Shown here: positions 9,584 to 18,615 of the stretch, one piece after another | Layout: every line of letters begins with the position of its first letter | How positions within the stretch are numbered: the first letter of the stretch is position 1 | Origin: Microbacterium phage Pherbot | Direction: 5' to 3' (one strand) | Length of the DNA: 32,000 nt | Sequence record: MK620904.1 | Notes under the pieces: model-generated | The model's input: the letters and a program-made list of their open reading frames with translations, nothing else | Databases searched by the model: none | Told to the model about the DNA's origin: nothing | Position numbers and translations under genes: made by a program

Positions 9584-11992
9584 ATGGCCGATAACGATGT
9601 TCGCATCAAGCTCTCGCTTGACGGGGCCGACCAGGTCCAGAAGGGCCTCAAGGGCGTCGGAGACGAGGCTGGCAACGCTGACTCCAAGCTGGGAAGCATG
9701 GTCTCGGGAGGCCTCAAGGGTGCCGGTGCTGCCCTTGTGGGCTTCGCGACGGCTGCCGTAGCTGCTGGCGGGGCGCTCGCTGCTGGTGTGGTGAGCGCCT
9801 ACGCCGACTACGAGCAGAACATCGGTGGTATCGAGACGATGTTCAAGGACGCGTCCGGTACGATGAAGCAGTACGCCGACGACGCGTATCGCACGGCTGG
9901 CCTGTCGGCCAACGACTACATGAGCCAGGTCACCAGCTTCTCGGCTGCGCTGATCCAGGGCTTGGGCGGCGACACGGCTGCGGCTGCCGAGGCAGCCAAC
10001 ACGGCCATGATCGACATGTCCGACAACGCGAACAAGTTCGGGTCCAACATCACGGACATCCAGAACGCCTACCAGGGCTTCGCGAAGCAGAACTACACCA
10101 TGCTCGACAACCTGAAGCTCGGGTATGGTGGCACGGCTGCCGAGATGGCACGCCTTATCAACGACTCGGGTGTCATGGGCGACACCTTCGAGGCAACTGC
10201 CCAGAACATGAACGAGGTGAGCTTCGACAAGATCGTCGAGGCCATCCACGTCGTCCAGACCGAGATGGGCATCGCGGGCACCACGGCGCTCGAAGCCGAG
10301 CAGACCATCTCCGGCTCCATCGGCATGCTCAAGGGCAGCTTTGAGAACCTCCTGACGGGCCTTGGCAGCGCCGATGCTGATGTGGCCACGCTGGCGGGCA
10401 ACGTTATCGACTCGTTCGAGCTGGTCGTCACCAACATCACCCCGGTCATCGAGAACCTGGGCAACAACATCGCCACGCTCGGCCCCAAGCTGGGCGACAT
10501 GATGACGAGCCTTGTGGGGGCGGTCAGCAGCGCCATCCCGGCCATCCTTCAGGCTGGTGTGGCCCTCATCGGCGGTCTCATCTCGGGCATCTCCTCTGCG
10601 CTGCCGGGGCTTATCACCGCTGTGGTGCCTGCCCTGGTGCAGCTTGTGTCGGTGCTTGCCGAGCAGGCTCCCCTCCTCATCAAGGCTGGCGTTGACGCTA
10701 TCGTGGCGCTGGGCCAGGGCATCGCCGAGGCACTGCCTACCCTGATCCCGGTCGTGGTGCAGGGGCTTCTGGATGTGATCTCCGCGCTGGTGGAGAGCCT
10801 CCCCATGCTGCTGGAGACCGGCCTTCAGATCATCCTGGCGCTGGCTGATGGTATCATTCAGGCGCTCCCGCTGCTGGTGGCACAGCTCCCGACCATCATC
10901 ATGGCGCTGGTTGACTTCTTCGTCCAGGGCATCCCGATGATCCTGCAGGCAGGCATTCAGCTTCTGACAAGCCTGATCGGTGCCCTGCCTGAGATTATCA
11001 CCCAGATCGTAGCTGCCCTGCCCCAGATCATCACGGCTATCATCCAGGCGGTCGTGGGGGCTATCCCGCTGCTGATCCAGGCAGGTATCGACCTTATCAC
11101 CGCCCTGGTGACTGCCCTGCCCGAGATCATCCAGGCCATCGTGGCAGCCATCCCCACTATCATCACTGCGGTGCTTGACGCGGTCATCGGCAGCATCCCG
11201 CTCCTGATTGACGCGGGCTTCAAGCTGATCACTGGCCTCATCGGCGCACTGCCCAGCATTATCGGCACCATCGTTGGAGCCATCCCCCAGATCATCGGCG
11301 GTGTGCTTGGCGCGGTGTTCGGTGCCGTGCCCCAGCTTGTCCAGGCGGGCTTCAGGCTGCTGACCAGCCTGGTGAGCAACCTGGGCGGCATCGTGGGCAA
11401 CATCGTTGGAGCCGTGGGCAACATCCTGAGCAACATCTTCAACGCCGTGGTCGGCGGGGTGGGGCGCATGGTGTCGGCCGGTGGCGACCTGGTGCGCGGC
11501 CTCTGGAACGGTATCTCGGGCGCTGCTGGCTGGCTGTTCAACAAGATCGGCGGCTTCGTCAACGACGTGATGGGCAGCATCGGTTCGTTCTTCGGTATCC
11601 ACTCGCCCTCGCGGCGCATGCGCGACGAGATCGGTGCTTGGCTGCCGCCTGGCATCGGCGAGGGTGTCGAGGAGAACGAGGACCAGGCGATCGACCCCAT
11701 CACCGACATGAACAAGCGCATCGTCAAGGAAGCTGAGAAGCTGCCTGACCTCGCGATGAACCAGTCGGTCACCCAGTCGCTTACCCAGCAGGTGATCCCC
11801 ACCTTGGCACCGACCACGGCAACGGCCACACCGAACTACGGCAGCGCGGTCGGGGGCGGCGTCACCATCAGCGGTCCGCTGGTCAGTGTGGCCTCCATGC
11901 AGGTCCGCAGTGACCAGGACATCCGCGCACTGTCCACCCAGCTCAAGACGGACATGACCCGCGAGCTGCGAGCGCAAGGAGTACTCTCATGA
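9584..11992 (+). CDS. Tail tape measure protein
   Basis: 802 aa, longest gene in the tail module; N-terminal 'ADQVQKGLKGVGDEAGNADSKL', 'MTQEIG-like MFKDASGTMKQYADDAYRTAGLSANDYM', long hydrophobic repeat region. Confidence 0.9.
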   Translation: MADNDVRIKLSLDGADQVQKGLKGVGDEAGNADSKLGSMVSGGLKGAGAALVGFATAAVAAGGALAAGVVSAYADYEQNIGGIETMFKDASGTMKQYADDAYRTAGLSANDYMSQVTSFSAALIQGLGGDTAAAAEAANTAMIDMSDNANKFGSNITDIQNAYQGFAKQNYTMLDNLKLGYGGTAAEMARLINDSGVMGDTFEATAQNMNEVSFDKIVEAIHVVQTEMGIAGTTALEAEQTISGSIGMLKGSFENLLTGLGSADADVATLAGNVIDSFELVVTNITPVIENLGNNIATLGPKLGDMMTSLVGAVSSAIPAILQAGVALIGGLISGISSALPGLITAVVPALVQLVSVLAEQAPLLIKAGVDAIVALGQGIAEALPTLIPVVVQGLLDVISALVESLPMLLETGLQIILALADGIIQALPLLVAQLPTIIMALVDFFVQGIPMILQAGIQLLTSLIGALPEIITQIVAALPQIITAIIQAVVGAIPLLIQAGIDLITALVTALPEIIQAIVAAIPTIITAVLDAVIGSIPLLIDAGFKLITGLIGALPSIIGTIVGAIPQIIGGVLGAVFGAVPQLVQAGFRLLTSLVSNLGGIVGNIVGAVGNILSNIFNAVVGGVGRMVSAGGDLVRGLWNGISGAAGWLFNKIGGFVNDVMGSIGSFFGIHSPSRRMRDEIGAWLPPGIGEGVEENEDQAIDPITDMNKRIVKEAEKLPDLAMNQSVTQSLTQQVIPTLAPTTATATPNYGSAVGGGVTISGPLVSVASMQVRSDQDIRALSTQLKTDMTRELRAQGVLS
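10523..11446 (+). repeat. Seven exact-length 132-bp (44-aa) tandem repeats within the tape measure gene
   Basis: Copies align without indels, e.g. VVGAIPLLIQAGIDLITALVTALPEIIQAIVAAIPTIITAVLDA / VIGSIPLLIDAGFKLITGLIGALPSIIGTIVGAIPQIIGGVLGA. Confidence 0.85.
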
Positions 11993-12759
11993 GCTTCCAG
12001 CTTGGCACTTTCGACAGCGACAGCATCCAGGACTTCAAGGCCATCCTGACCGAGTGGCCCGCCCTCCCGGTGGACCTGCACCTGGACGACCTGCCCGCTG
12101 GCGACGGCGCGCTGTACTACCGGGCACGCATGACCGAGACCGAGTGGGTCTTCAAGCTGGAGCTGACCGGCACCGACGTCGCGGATGTGCTTGCCAAGGC
12201 CGACGCGGTGTCTGCTGCGCTGAACCCCAAGCTGCACGGCGCACAGGACTTCACCCCGAACGCCTTCGACCCGTGGGTCTGGCAGGGTGTCCTCGGTGCC
12301 CCCATCACCTGGGAGCGGGATAGCATCGTCTGGTTCAGCGACCGTACCTGCCGTCTGCTGGGCGAAGCTACCGTGGTCACCCCTAACCCCTATGGGTACG
12401 CTGCGGGGTCGCCCACGGTCCTCTCTAGCTCCGTAGAAGCGGTGCTGCCGGTCGGGGGCAACACCAGCGCCTTCCCCATCGTGGAGTTTCGGGGAGTTCT
12501 GAACAGCGCCCAGGCATTCACGCTGAACGGCATGCAGGTCCAGGGTCCGCTGACAGCAGCCCAGACGCTCGTCCTGGACTTCGAGGCCATGGACTTCTAC
12601 ATCAAGACCACGGCGACCGGGGCCAAGGTGCGCAACGTCGCTGACCGCTTCACCAACTTCCAGCGCCTGGAGGCCACCGACAGCATCGCCCTGACGGCTG
12701 GTGTGACGGCTGGCACGTACACCACGGCGACCGCACGAGTCAACTCGAGGAGAATCTGA
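11989..12759 (+). CDS. Putative distal tail/minor tail protein
   Basis: 256 aa following the tape measure gene; overlapping ATGAG start. Confidence 0.65.
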   Translation: MSFQLGTFDSDSIQDFKAILTEWPALPVDLHLDDLPAGDGALYYRARMTETEWVFKLELTGTDVADVLAKADAVSAALNPKLHGAQDFTPNAFDPWVWQGVLGAPITWERDSIVWFSDRTCRLLGEATVVTPNPYGYAAGSPTVLSSSVEAVLPVGGNTSAFPIVEFRGVLNSAQAFTLNGMQVQGPLTAAQTLVLDFEAMDFYIKTTATGAKVRNVADRFTNFQRLEATDSIALTAGVTAGTYTTATARVNSRRI

Positions 12760-15182
12760 TGGCCGAGTACAGCCGCGCCACCAGTCGGGGAGACTGGACG
12801 GGTGAGTGGGATCCGGATGCAGTCACTCAGGTGCTGCTCCGCATGGACTCGTTCATCGGCTCTGGTGACCCCCGGCCTACGCCGGACAGCAGTGGCAAGA
12901 ACCGGGACGCCTATGTGGTCAACTACGCGGGCAGCGATGCCGTCGCCGTAGCTACCCCCTGGGGCACCGGCATCCGCATGAACGAAGCTGGCATCAGCCA
13001 GGAAACCAGCGTTCGCGTAGAGAACGACGGCACCCTGTTCCCCAGCAGCGGCAGCGTGATGGTCGGCACCTGGTTCCGGGGCAAGCTGGACCGCCAGTGG
13101 AACCCCGTACTGAGCACCAGGAACACCCCCGGCGCTGCCCCCCTGATTCACCTGAACGTGAACACCAGCGCCAGCGGGCCTCAGCTCAACTATCGCTTCT
13201 ACAACAACGCCGGGACCCAGGTGGTCAACGAGTGGTTCTCCGGGGTGCTCGTGCCCGACCGCTGGTACTGGATCGGCGCGGTCATGGACTTCACGCTGGG
13301 CACGTACTCCGTCTACGTGGTGGACTACGAGACCGGCGCTGTAGAGTCGGCCAGCGGCACGGCAAGCCTGAACAACGCCTGCACGGCTCATCTGGATGTG
13401 GCCTTCGGGCCTGCTGGCGAGTGGGCACGGTCTGTCGTGGACGAGGTTGTCGTGGTTGCCCCGTTCGCAGGCAACGCGGGGCAGCTTGCCCAGCGCGCTC
13501 GTCTGGCAGACGGAGCCGTAGAGGCGACCCAGGCCGACACGGGCACGGTCATCGGCCGTATCTCCCCCCGGCCGACCGCGACGCTGCCCGTGGTCGCACA
13601 CACTCGGGCCATGCCTGGGCAGTGGGGCACCGACACCCCCATGATCACGCTGAACGGCCAGGGCGCGACGGTGCGCTACCGGACCAGCAACAACCTGACC
13701 ACCTGGAGCGCGTGGAAGAACGCCTCCAGCATCGAGACCGAGCCGAACGCGGCATGGATCCAGTACGAGGTGACGCTGTCAGCGTACGACAGCTACCTGG
13801 ACGAGATCCTGCTGAGCACGGCTCCTCCGCCGACCCCGCCCCTGCCGAACACCCAGCCGGTCGAGCCGTTCTCCCTTGACCCGCTGCTGGTGGTTCCGAG
13901 CGGGGGCGGGGTCCTCCTCCAGGACACTCTGCTGTCGTGCAAGACCTTCGACACCAGCAGCAACGAGAGCACGCTGGAGTTCTCCATCAGTCTGGCCGAC
14001 CCCAAGGCCACACTCATGGAGAGCGAAGCGCCCATCCTGTTCAAGGGGCGGCACTATGTGGCCCGAGGCGTCACCACGCGTCGGTCTCGAGGAGAGGCTG
14101 TCGTGGAGGTCTACGCCGAGCGGAACTGGTACGACCTGCTCTACGCGGGCCAGATTGACGCCCAGACCTGGACGGCAACTGCGGCCGACGTGATGACTAG
14201 CGTCCTGGCAGGGACCGACTGGTACGTGGGCCAGGTTGACCCGACTGCGGTGCTGGGCTGGGAGAACGACAGCACGACCGTCCTGGGCATGCTCAAGCAG
14301 ATCGCCAAGGTGTACGGCGGAGACCTGGTCTTTGACGACAAGACTCACTTCGTACACTTGCTCAACCAGGGAGGCCGGGACCGGGGCACGTACTTCGACT
14401 ACGTCCACGGCATCACCAGCGCCATCCGCCGCGAAGATACGACCAACCTGGTGACCCGCATCTACGGCCGGAACGCCGACGGCCTCACCATCGCCCCTGC
14501 CAATGGGGGCGTCGACTACATTGAGGACTTCACCTGGACCGACCAGGTTCGCCAGAGCACCTACGACTTCAAGTCGGGCATGACGCCTCAGGCGATGATG
14601 CGCTTCCTGACCGCGTTCCTGGCTGACCGTGCCAAGCCCACGCTCTCCTACGAGTACCAGGTGTCGGGCCTTGTGGACCGCGTTGAGGAAGTTGACCGCT
14701 TCGAGGTTCTGGACATCGTGTTCGTGATGGACGAGGACTACGGCCAGTCGGTCAAGAACCGCGTGGTGCAGCTCGACATCGACTGGCTCGACCTGCGCAA
14801 GAGCAAGATCACGCTCGCGAACAAGCTGCGGAGCCTTGCCAGCAGCGACGACAGCACCGACCCCGGCGCACTGACCACCGGCCAGACCATTGACACGCGC
14901 GACATCAACCCGTTCAACCTGCTGCTGAACAGCCGTGGAGACAACGGGATGGCGCACTGGGCGGGCACCAACGTCGCCGTCGTGGAAGGCGGGGCGACTG
15001 GCCGGTACAGCTTCGCGTTCGGGGCGGCTGGGGGCAGCCTGGAGCAGACGGTCACCAGCGACAACCGGGACAGCTTCGTCTTCTCGGCCCAGGTGGATGC
15101 CGACACGGATGCCCAGCTCCAGATCGAAGTGACGTTCCAGTACACCGACGGAACATCCGAGACCCAGACCCTGGAGCTGTGA
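12759..15182 (+). CDS. Minor tail protein with N-terminal LamG/concanavalin-like domain and C-terminal tail-hub-like domain
   Basis: 807 aa; 'GSVMVGTWFRGKLDRQWNPVLSTRN...RWYWIGAVMDFTLGTYSVYVVD' is LamG-like; later 'RLTRIYGRNADG...VSGLVDRVEEVDRFEVLDIVFVMDEDYG' resembles phage tail endopeptidase/hub proteins. Confidence 0.7.
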   Translation: MAEYSRATSRGDWTGEWDPDAVTQVLLRMDSFIGSGDPRPTPDSSGKNRDAYVVNYAGSDAVAVATPWGTGIRMNEAGISQETSVRVENDGTLFPSSGSVMVGTWFRGKLDRQWNPVLSTRNTPGAAPLIHLNVNTSASGPQLNYRFYNNAGTQVVNEWFSGVLVPDRWYWIGAVMDFTLGTYSVYVVDYETGAVESASGTASLNNACTAHLDVAFGPAGEWARSVVDEVVVVAPFAGNAGQLAQRARLADGAVEATQADTGTVIGRISPRPTATLPVVAHTRAMPGQWGTDTPMITLNGQGATVRYRTSNNLTTWSAWKNASSIETEPNAAWIQYEVTLSAYDSYLDEILLSTAPPPTPPLPNTQPVEPFSLDPLLVVPSGGGVLLQDTLLSCKTFDTSSNESTLEFSISLADPKATLMESEAPILFKGRHYVARGVTTRRSRGEAVVEVYAERNWYDLLYAGQIDAQTWTATAADVMTSVLAGTDWYVGQVDPTAVLGWENDSTTVLGMLKQIAKVYGGDLVFDDKTHFVHLLNQGGRDRGTYFDYVHGITSAIRREDTTNLVTRIYGRNADGLTIAPANGGVDYIEDFTWTDQVRQSTYDFKSGMTPQAMMRFLTAFLADRAKPTLSYEYQVSGLVDRVEEVDRFEVLDIVFVMDEDYGQSVKNRVVQLDIDWLDLRKSKITLANKLRSLASSDDSTDPGALTTGQTIDTRDINPFNLLLNSRGDNGMAHWAGTNVAVVEGGATGRYSFAFGAAGGSLEQTVTSDNRDSFVFSAQVDADTDAQLQIEVTFQYTDGTSETQTLEL

Positions 15183-15183
15183 C

Positions 15184-15372
15184 ATGGCCGTGCGACGCGT
15201 CATTGTACGCAACCCCAACACCTTCAAGCAGACACTTGTCATCAAGGTGAAGATCACCACGCCGGACGGCGATGTGAAGGTTACCGACCTCATCCTGCAG
15301 GCGGGCAGCACGGGCACGGGCTGGGTCCCCAACGTGACCGAGATGCCCTGGACGACTGGGGTGGTGAGCTAG
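15184..15372 (+). CDS. Hypothetical protein
   Basis: 62 aa, tightly packed between tail genes. Confidence 0.5.
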   Translation: MAVRRVIVRNPNTFKQTLVIKVKITTPDGDVKVTDLILQAGSTGTGWVPNVTEMPWTTGVVS

Positions 15373-15972
15373 ATGGCTTTCATTCGCACGTTCGGCCAGC
15401 TTCGCCCTTCCAAGGAAGTGCTTGGTGTGGCCGTCAAGATCACCGCCCAGGACGAAGCCAAGATCACCGACATCCAGCTCAACCCCGGCTCAAGCCTGTT
15501 CTCCTGGTCCCCGATGGTGGGCGACCTGGGCCTGGTGCCTGCTCCGACCTGGCGCTACATCAACGGCATGGTACAGTCAGACTACGACACTTGGGTCATG
15601 GCCGACGAAGACAGCGCCAGCCCGTACCTCGGCGTCTTCTACCCCGTGGGTCCGCAGACCGTGGAGTGGGGGCTGCTGCACCTTGGAGAGATATCTTCTC
15701 GAGAGGAGTTCAACGGATATGAGTACAGCACGACAGCCGGAGCCGGGGTCACCCCGCATCACACTGCCCGAGCTGATCAGCGCCTGGGCCTCGAGACGAC
15801 AGGCATCATGTCGGCCGTCGTTGCCATCCGGGGAATCCACGTTGACCCTGGTAGCAACGCGCGAACCGACCTGGGCACCGTCACAGGTGCTCACCCGGAA
15901 GGCTGGTCTGCGGTGTGGGCCTGGCATGAAACTTGGGCAGACGTCATAAACGAGCATGAGGAGTGGGCATAA
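15373..15972 (+). CDS. Putative minor tail/tail-associated protein
   Basis: 199 aa; directly abuts neighbours, in the tail module. Confidence 0.5.
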   Translation: MAFIRTFGQLRPSKEVLGVAVKITAQDEAKITDIQLNPGSSLFSWSPMVGDLGLVPAPTWRYINGMVQSDYDTWVMADEDSASPYLGVFYPVGPQTVEWGLLHLGEISSREEFNGYEYSTTAGAGVTPHHTARADQRLGLETTGIMSAVVAIRGIHVDPGSNARTDLGTVTGAHPEGWSAVWAWHETWADVINEHEEWA

Positions 15973-16457
15973 TGCCTCTGGAGAACCCTACTGCACCGTC
16001 CTACGGTCCGAACACGTTCACGGCCTCGGCTGCTGCCCTGGCCACACTGTTCGAGAACGACGAGTACCTGGAAGGGCTGATCGACGCCATCGACCCTACC
16101 CCCACGGTCTCCCGGCTGAACCTGACGCTGTCCGCTGGGTACGGGAACAACTCGGCCTATGTCACCACGCGCACCGTTCGCGTCGGTACCGAGGTGACCA
16201 TTGAGGGCGGCGTCATCACGTGCCCTGCCAGCTTCAGCGCCGACGTCTACAACACGCTCGGGACTATTGGCAGCGCGCACCGGCCGACAGATGGCAAGCA
16301 CCGGATGGGAGTGGGTGCCATCTTCGCATCGGGCGCGATTGTGCCGGTGCAGTACCGGGTCAACGGCAGCGATGGAACCATCAACTTCTACTCCAAGATC
16401 GCTGTCTCGGGGGCATCATACATCATGCTCTCGCCTATCAACTGGACGGTGAGCTGA
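15972..16457 (+). CDS. Putative minor tail protein
   Basis: 161 aa from the ATG at 15972 (overlaps the previous stop); tail module position. Confidence 0.5.
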   Translation: MPLENPTAPSYGPNTFTASAAALATLFENDEYLEGLIDAIDPTPTVSRLNLTLSAGYGNNSAYVTTRTVRVGTEVTIEGGVITCPASFSADVYNTLGTIGSAHRPTDGKHRMGVGAIFASGAIVPVQYRVNGSDGTINFYSKIAVSGASYIMLSPINWTVS

Positions 16458-16458
16458 C

Positions 16459-18588
16459 ATGGGACACCGGGTGACTCTCTGGCACGCGTCGAACACCGTG
16501 CGCACGGCTGGCGTCTTGGACCGCTACGGCGACATGATCGACGACGTGTTCCTGGTGGCCTACGAGCTGCGCACGACTGGCCTTGTCAACCTCAACATCC
16601 AGAACACTGTCGAGGCTGCGCGGGCCAAGTGGCCCCGGATCCGCTGGTGGCTGACCATCCAGTGCTTCTCCAGTGCAGCCTGGAAGATGCTGGCCACCGA
16701 TGCCACGTTCCGGGCCAACATCCTCAGCCAGATGGAGGCCATCTACGCGGCCTACCCCTGGCTCTACGGCATCGACCTGGACGCGGAGGGCTTCGGCAGC
16801 AACATGACCGTGTCGGAGGCGATGGCAGGCTACCAGACCCTCGGTGACCACGCGCGCTCCCACGGGAAGAAGGTCTGCGCGGCCTTGCCTGCTGCCACCG
16901 AGGGCAACTTCAGCGTCGGCGGTGAGAACTGGCTCGACTACGCGCTCTTCGGTGCGTACTTTGACCATGTGGCCATCATGACCTACGACTTCGCCTGGTC
17001 GGGTAGCGCCCCTGGCCCCATCGCCCCCCGCTTCTGGATCCAGAACGTATACGACTGGACGGTGAGCCAGATCCCGCCCGAGAAGGTGCTCATGGGGGTG
17101 CCTGCCTACGGGCAGAACTGGCAGATCAACGAGCCGGTGGAAGACCTGCCTGGCTATCCGGGCTGGCCGTACCGGGGCAACTCCGGAGCCTACTATTGGT
17201 TCTGGTACATGGCGACCGGCGAGTGGGGGTCACGCTCGGGAGACGATGGCCCGGTGTGGCAGCAGCCCCGAGCGAGCTGGATGGTCTACCGGGACATCGA
17301 GACGAACAGCCCCTTCACCCTGATCGGCTGCTACTGGTGGGCCACGGCGTCGCACGTGACCGGCAGCAGCGGCATGACAGCGACTTCGTACAACGGCAAG
17401 CCCTACCTCACGCGCTACGGTCGGGCAGCAGCCGAGACCGTTGGCGAGCTGGCAGACCAGCGCGTGACGACCCAGTACATGCAGCACGACGTTCGTCCCA
17501 TGCAGATCGTGGACTCGAACGGCAACTGGCATAACCAGGACATCCACAACCTGACGCTCGAGGTCCTGCAGCGCGACCCCCAGTCGGCCACCATCATGGA
17601 CGACGACTGCGCCAACACGGGGGCGCTCGACATCTACTACACTCGCACCGGAGCGGCCTGGACGCACTGGCGTCGTGGCGACCCCGTCATGAACCCGCGC
17701 ACCTACGGTCAGTATCGTGTGGCCGGTGCTGGCAAGCTGTCGCTCACGAACCTGGATGGCGGGCACGAGTCCCACGTACAGGGTCGCCTCCAGCTCCCCG
17801 CTGCTGGCCGTGCAGGCGTCTTCCATGGCAGCTTCGAGGCCACGGTCGACCAGGCTGGGGTCGTGCGGCTCAGCCGCAACGGGACTGTCCTGGCCACATA
17901 CAACGGGAGCGCCCCCGGCACCAGCACCGTCCCCGGACAGGGCCAGGCGGTCATCGGGCTGCGCGTTCGGGGGAACCGGGCAAGGGTCTACTACAGCCGG
18001 ACCGAGAACAGTGTGCCGCTGCGCATTGACTACACCGACCCCAGCTACACCCCCGGTCCTCAGGGCATGGTGTCCCTGTCTGGGGCAGCGTGGTTCGATC
18101 ACGTGCGCTGGGGAGACGCCTGGTGGTATAACCCTCGCGAGGCGGTGGACGTGCAGATCAGCGGCTTCACCTTCCCGAACGTGGGGCGCGTGCCCCGCAC
18201 GAACGTGACCTGGGACAGCTTCAATCGGTTCCGGCCGAACACCGACGTGGAGGAGCGCGAGACGCGCACCAAGTCCATCTCGGCTGACTGGGAGTACATC
18301 CATCTCAAGGGTGTGGGCATCCCGGCAGGCCAGACCCGTCAGGTCCGCATCATACCACGTGACATCGAGTGCTGGATTGCGACGGCGTACTTGTGCGACC
18401 CTCGTGGCACCGCGCTCTGTCACTACTCCGACGCCGAGTACATGGCCTACAGCCGTGACCTGGCCGACTCCGAATGGGGTCTGGCTGGCATCGCTGTCTG
18501 GCGCTTGGGGCAGGAGGACACAAGATTCTGGGAACGAGTGAAGGGCGGAAGGCTCGACCCGGATAACAGGATTGACATCCTGGCATAA
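16459..18588 (+). CDS. Tail-associated glycoside hydrolase, GH18-like
   Basis: 709 aa; 'WLYGIDLDAEG' (DxDxE, 16765..16788), 'YFDHVAIMTYDFAW', 'PPEKVLMGVPAYGQNW' follow the GH18 / YaaH-like motif order; large beta-rich C-terminal region. Confidence 0.72.
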   Translation: MGHRVTLWHASNTVRTAGVLDRYGDMIDDVFLVAYELRTTGLVNLNIQNTVEAARAKWPRIRWWLTIQCFSSAAWKMLATDATFRANILSQMEAIYAAYPWLYGIDLDAEGFGSNMTVSEAMAGYQTLGDHARSHGKKVCAALPAATEGNFSVGGENWLDYALFGAYFDHVAIMTYDFAWSGSAPGPIAPRFWIQNVYDWTVSQIPPEKVLMGVPAYGQNWQINEPVEDLPGYPGWPYRGNSGAYYWFWYMATGEWGSRSGDDGPVWQQPRASWMVYRDIETNSPFTLIGCYWWATASHVTGSSGMTATSYNGKPYLTRYGRAAAETVGELADQRVTTQYMQHDVRPMQIVDSNGNWHNQDIHNLTLEVLQRDPQSATIMDDDCANTGALDIYYTRTGAAWTHWRRGDPVMNPRTYGQYRVAGAGKLSLTNLDGGHESHVQGRLQLPAAGRAGVFHGSFEATVDQAGVVRLSRNGTVLATYNGSAPGTSTVPGQGQAVIGLRVRGNRARVYYSRTENSVPLRIDYTDPSYTPGPQGMVSLSGAAWFDHVRWGDAWWYNPREAVDVQISGFTFPNVGRVPRTNVTWDSFNRFRPNTDVEERETRTKSISADWEYIHLKGVGIPAGQTRQVRIIPRDIECWIATAYLCDPRGTALCHYSDAEYMAYSRDLADSEWGLAGIAVWRLGQEDTRFWERVKGGRLDPDNRIDILA

Positions 18589-18615
18589 CATCCGCCATAA
18601 CCGAAGGAGAATGCA

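Noticed and set aside
9437-11977. 846-aa open frame antisense to the tape measure gene
   Set aside because: Typical high-GC shadow ORF: reading the reverse strand of a GC3-rich gene gives long stop-free, His/Asp/Gly/Arg-rich frames. The sense frame has a coherent tape measure protein with precise repeats.
13779-15332. 517-aa minus-strand ORF opposite the minor tail gene, and 12597..13601 minus
   Set aside because: Shadow ORFs of the 12759..15182 gene.
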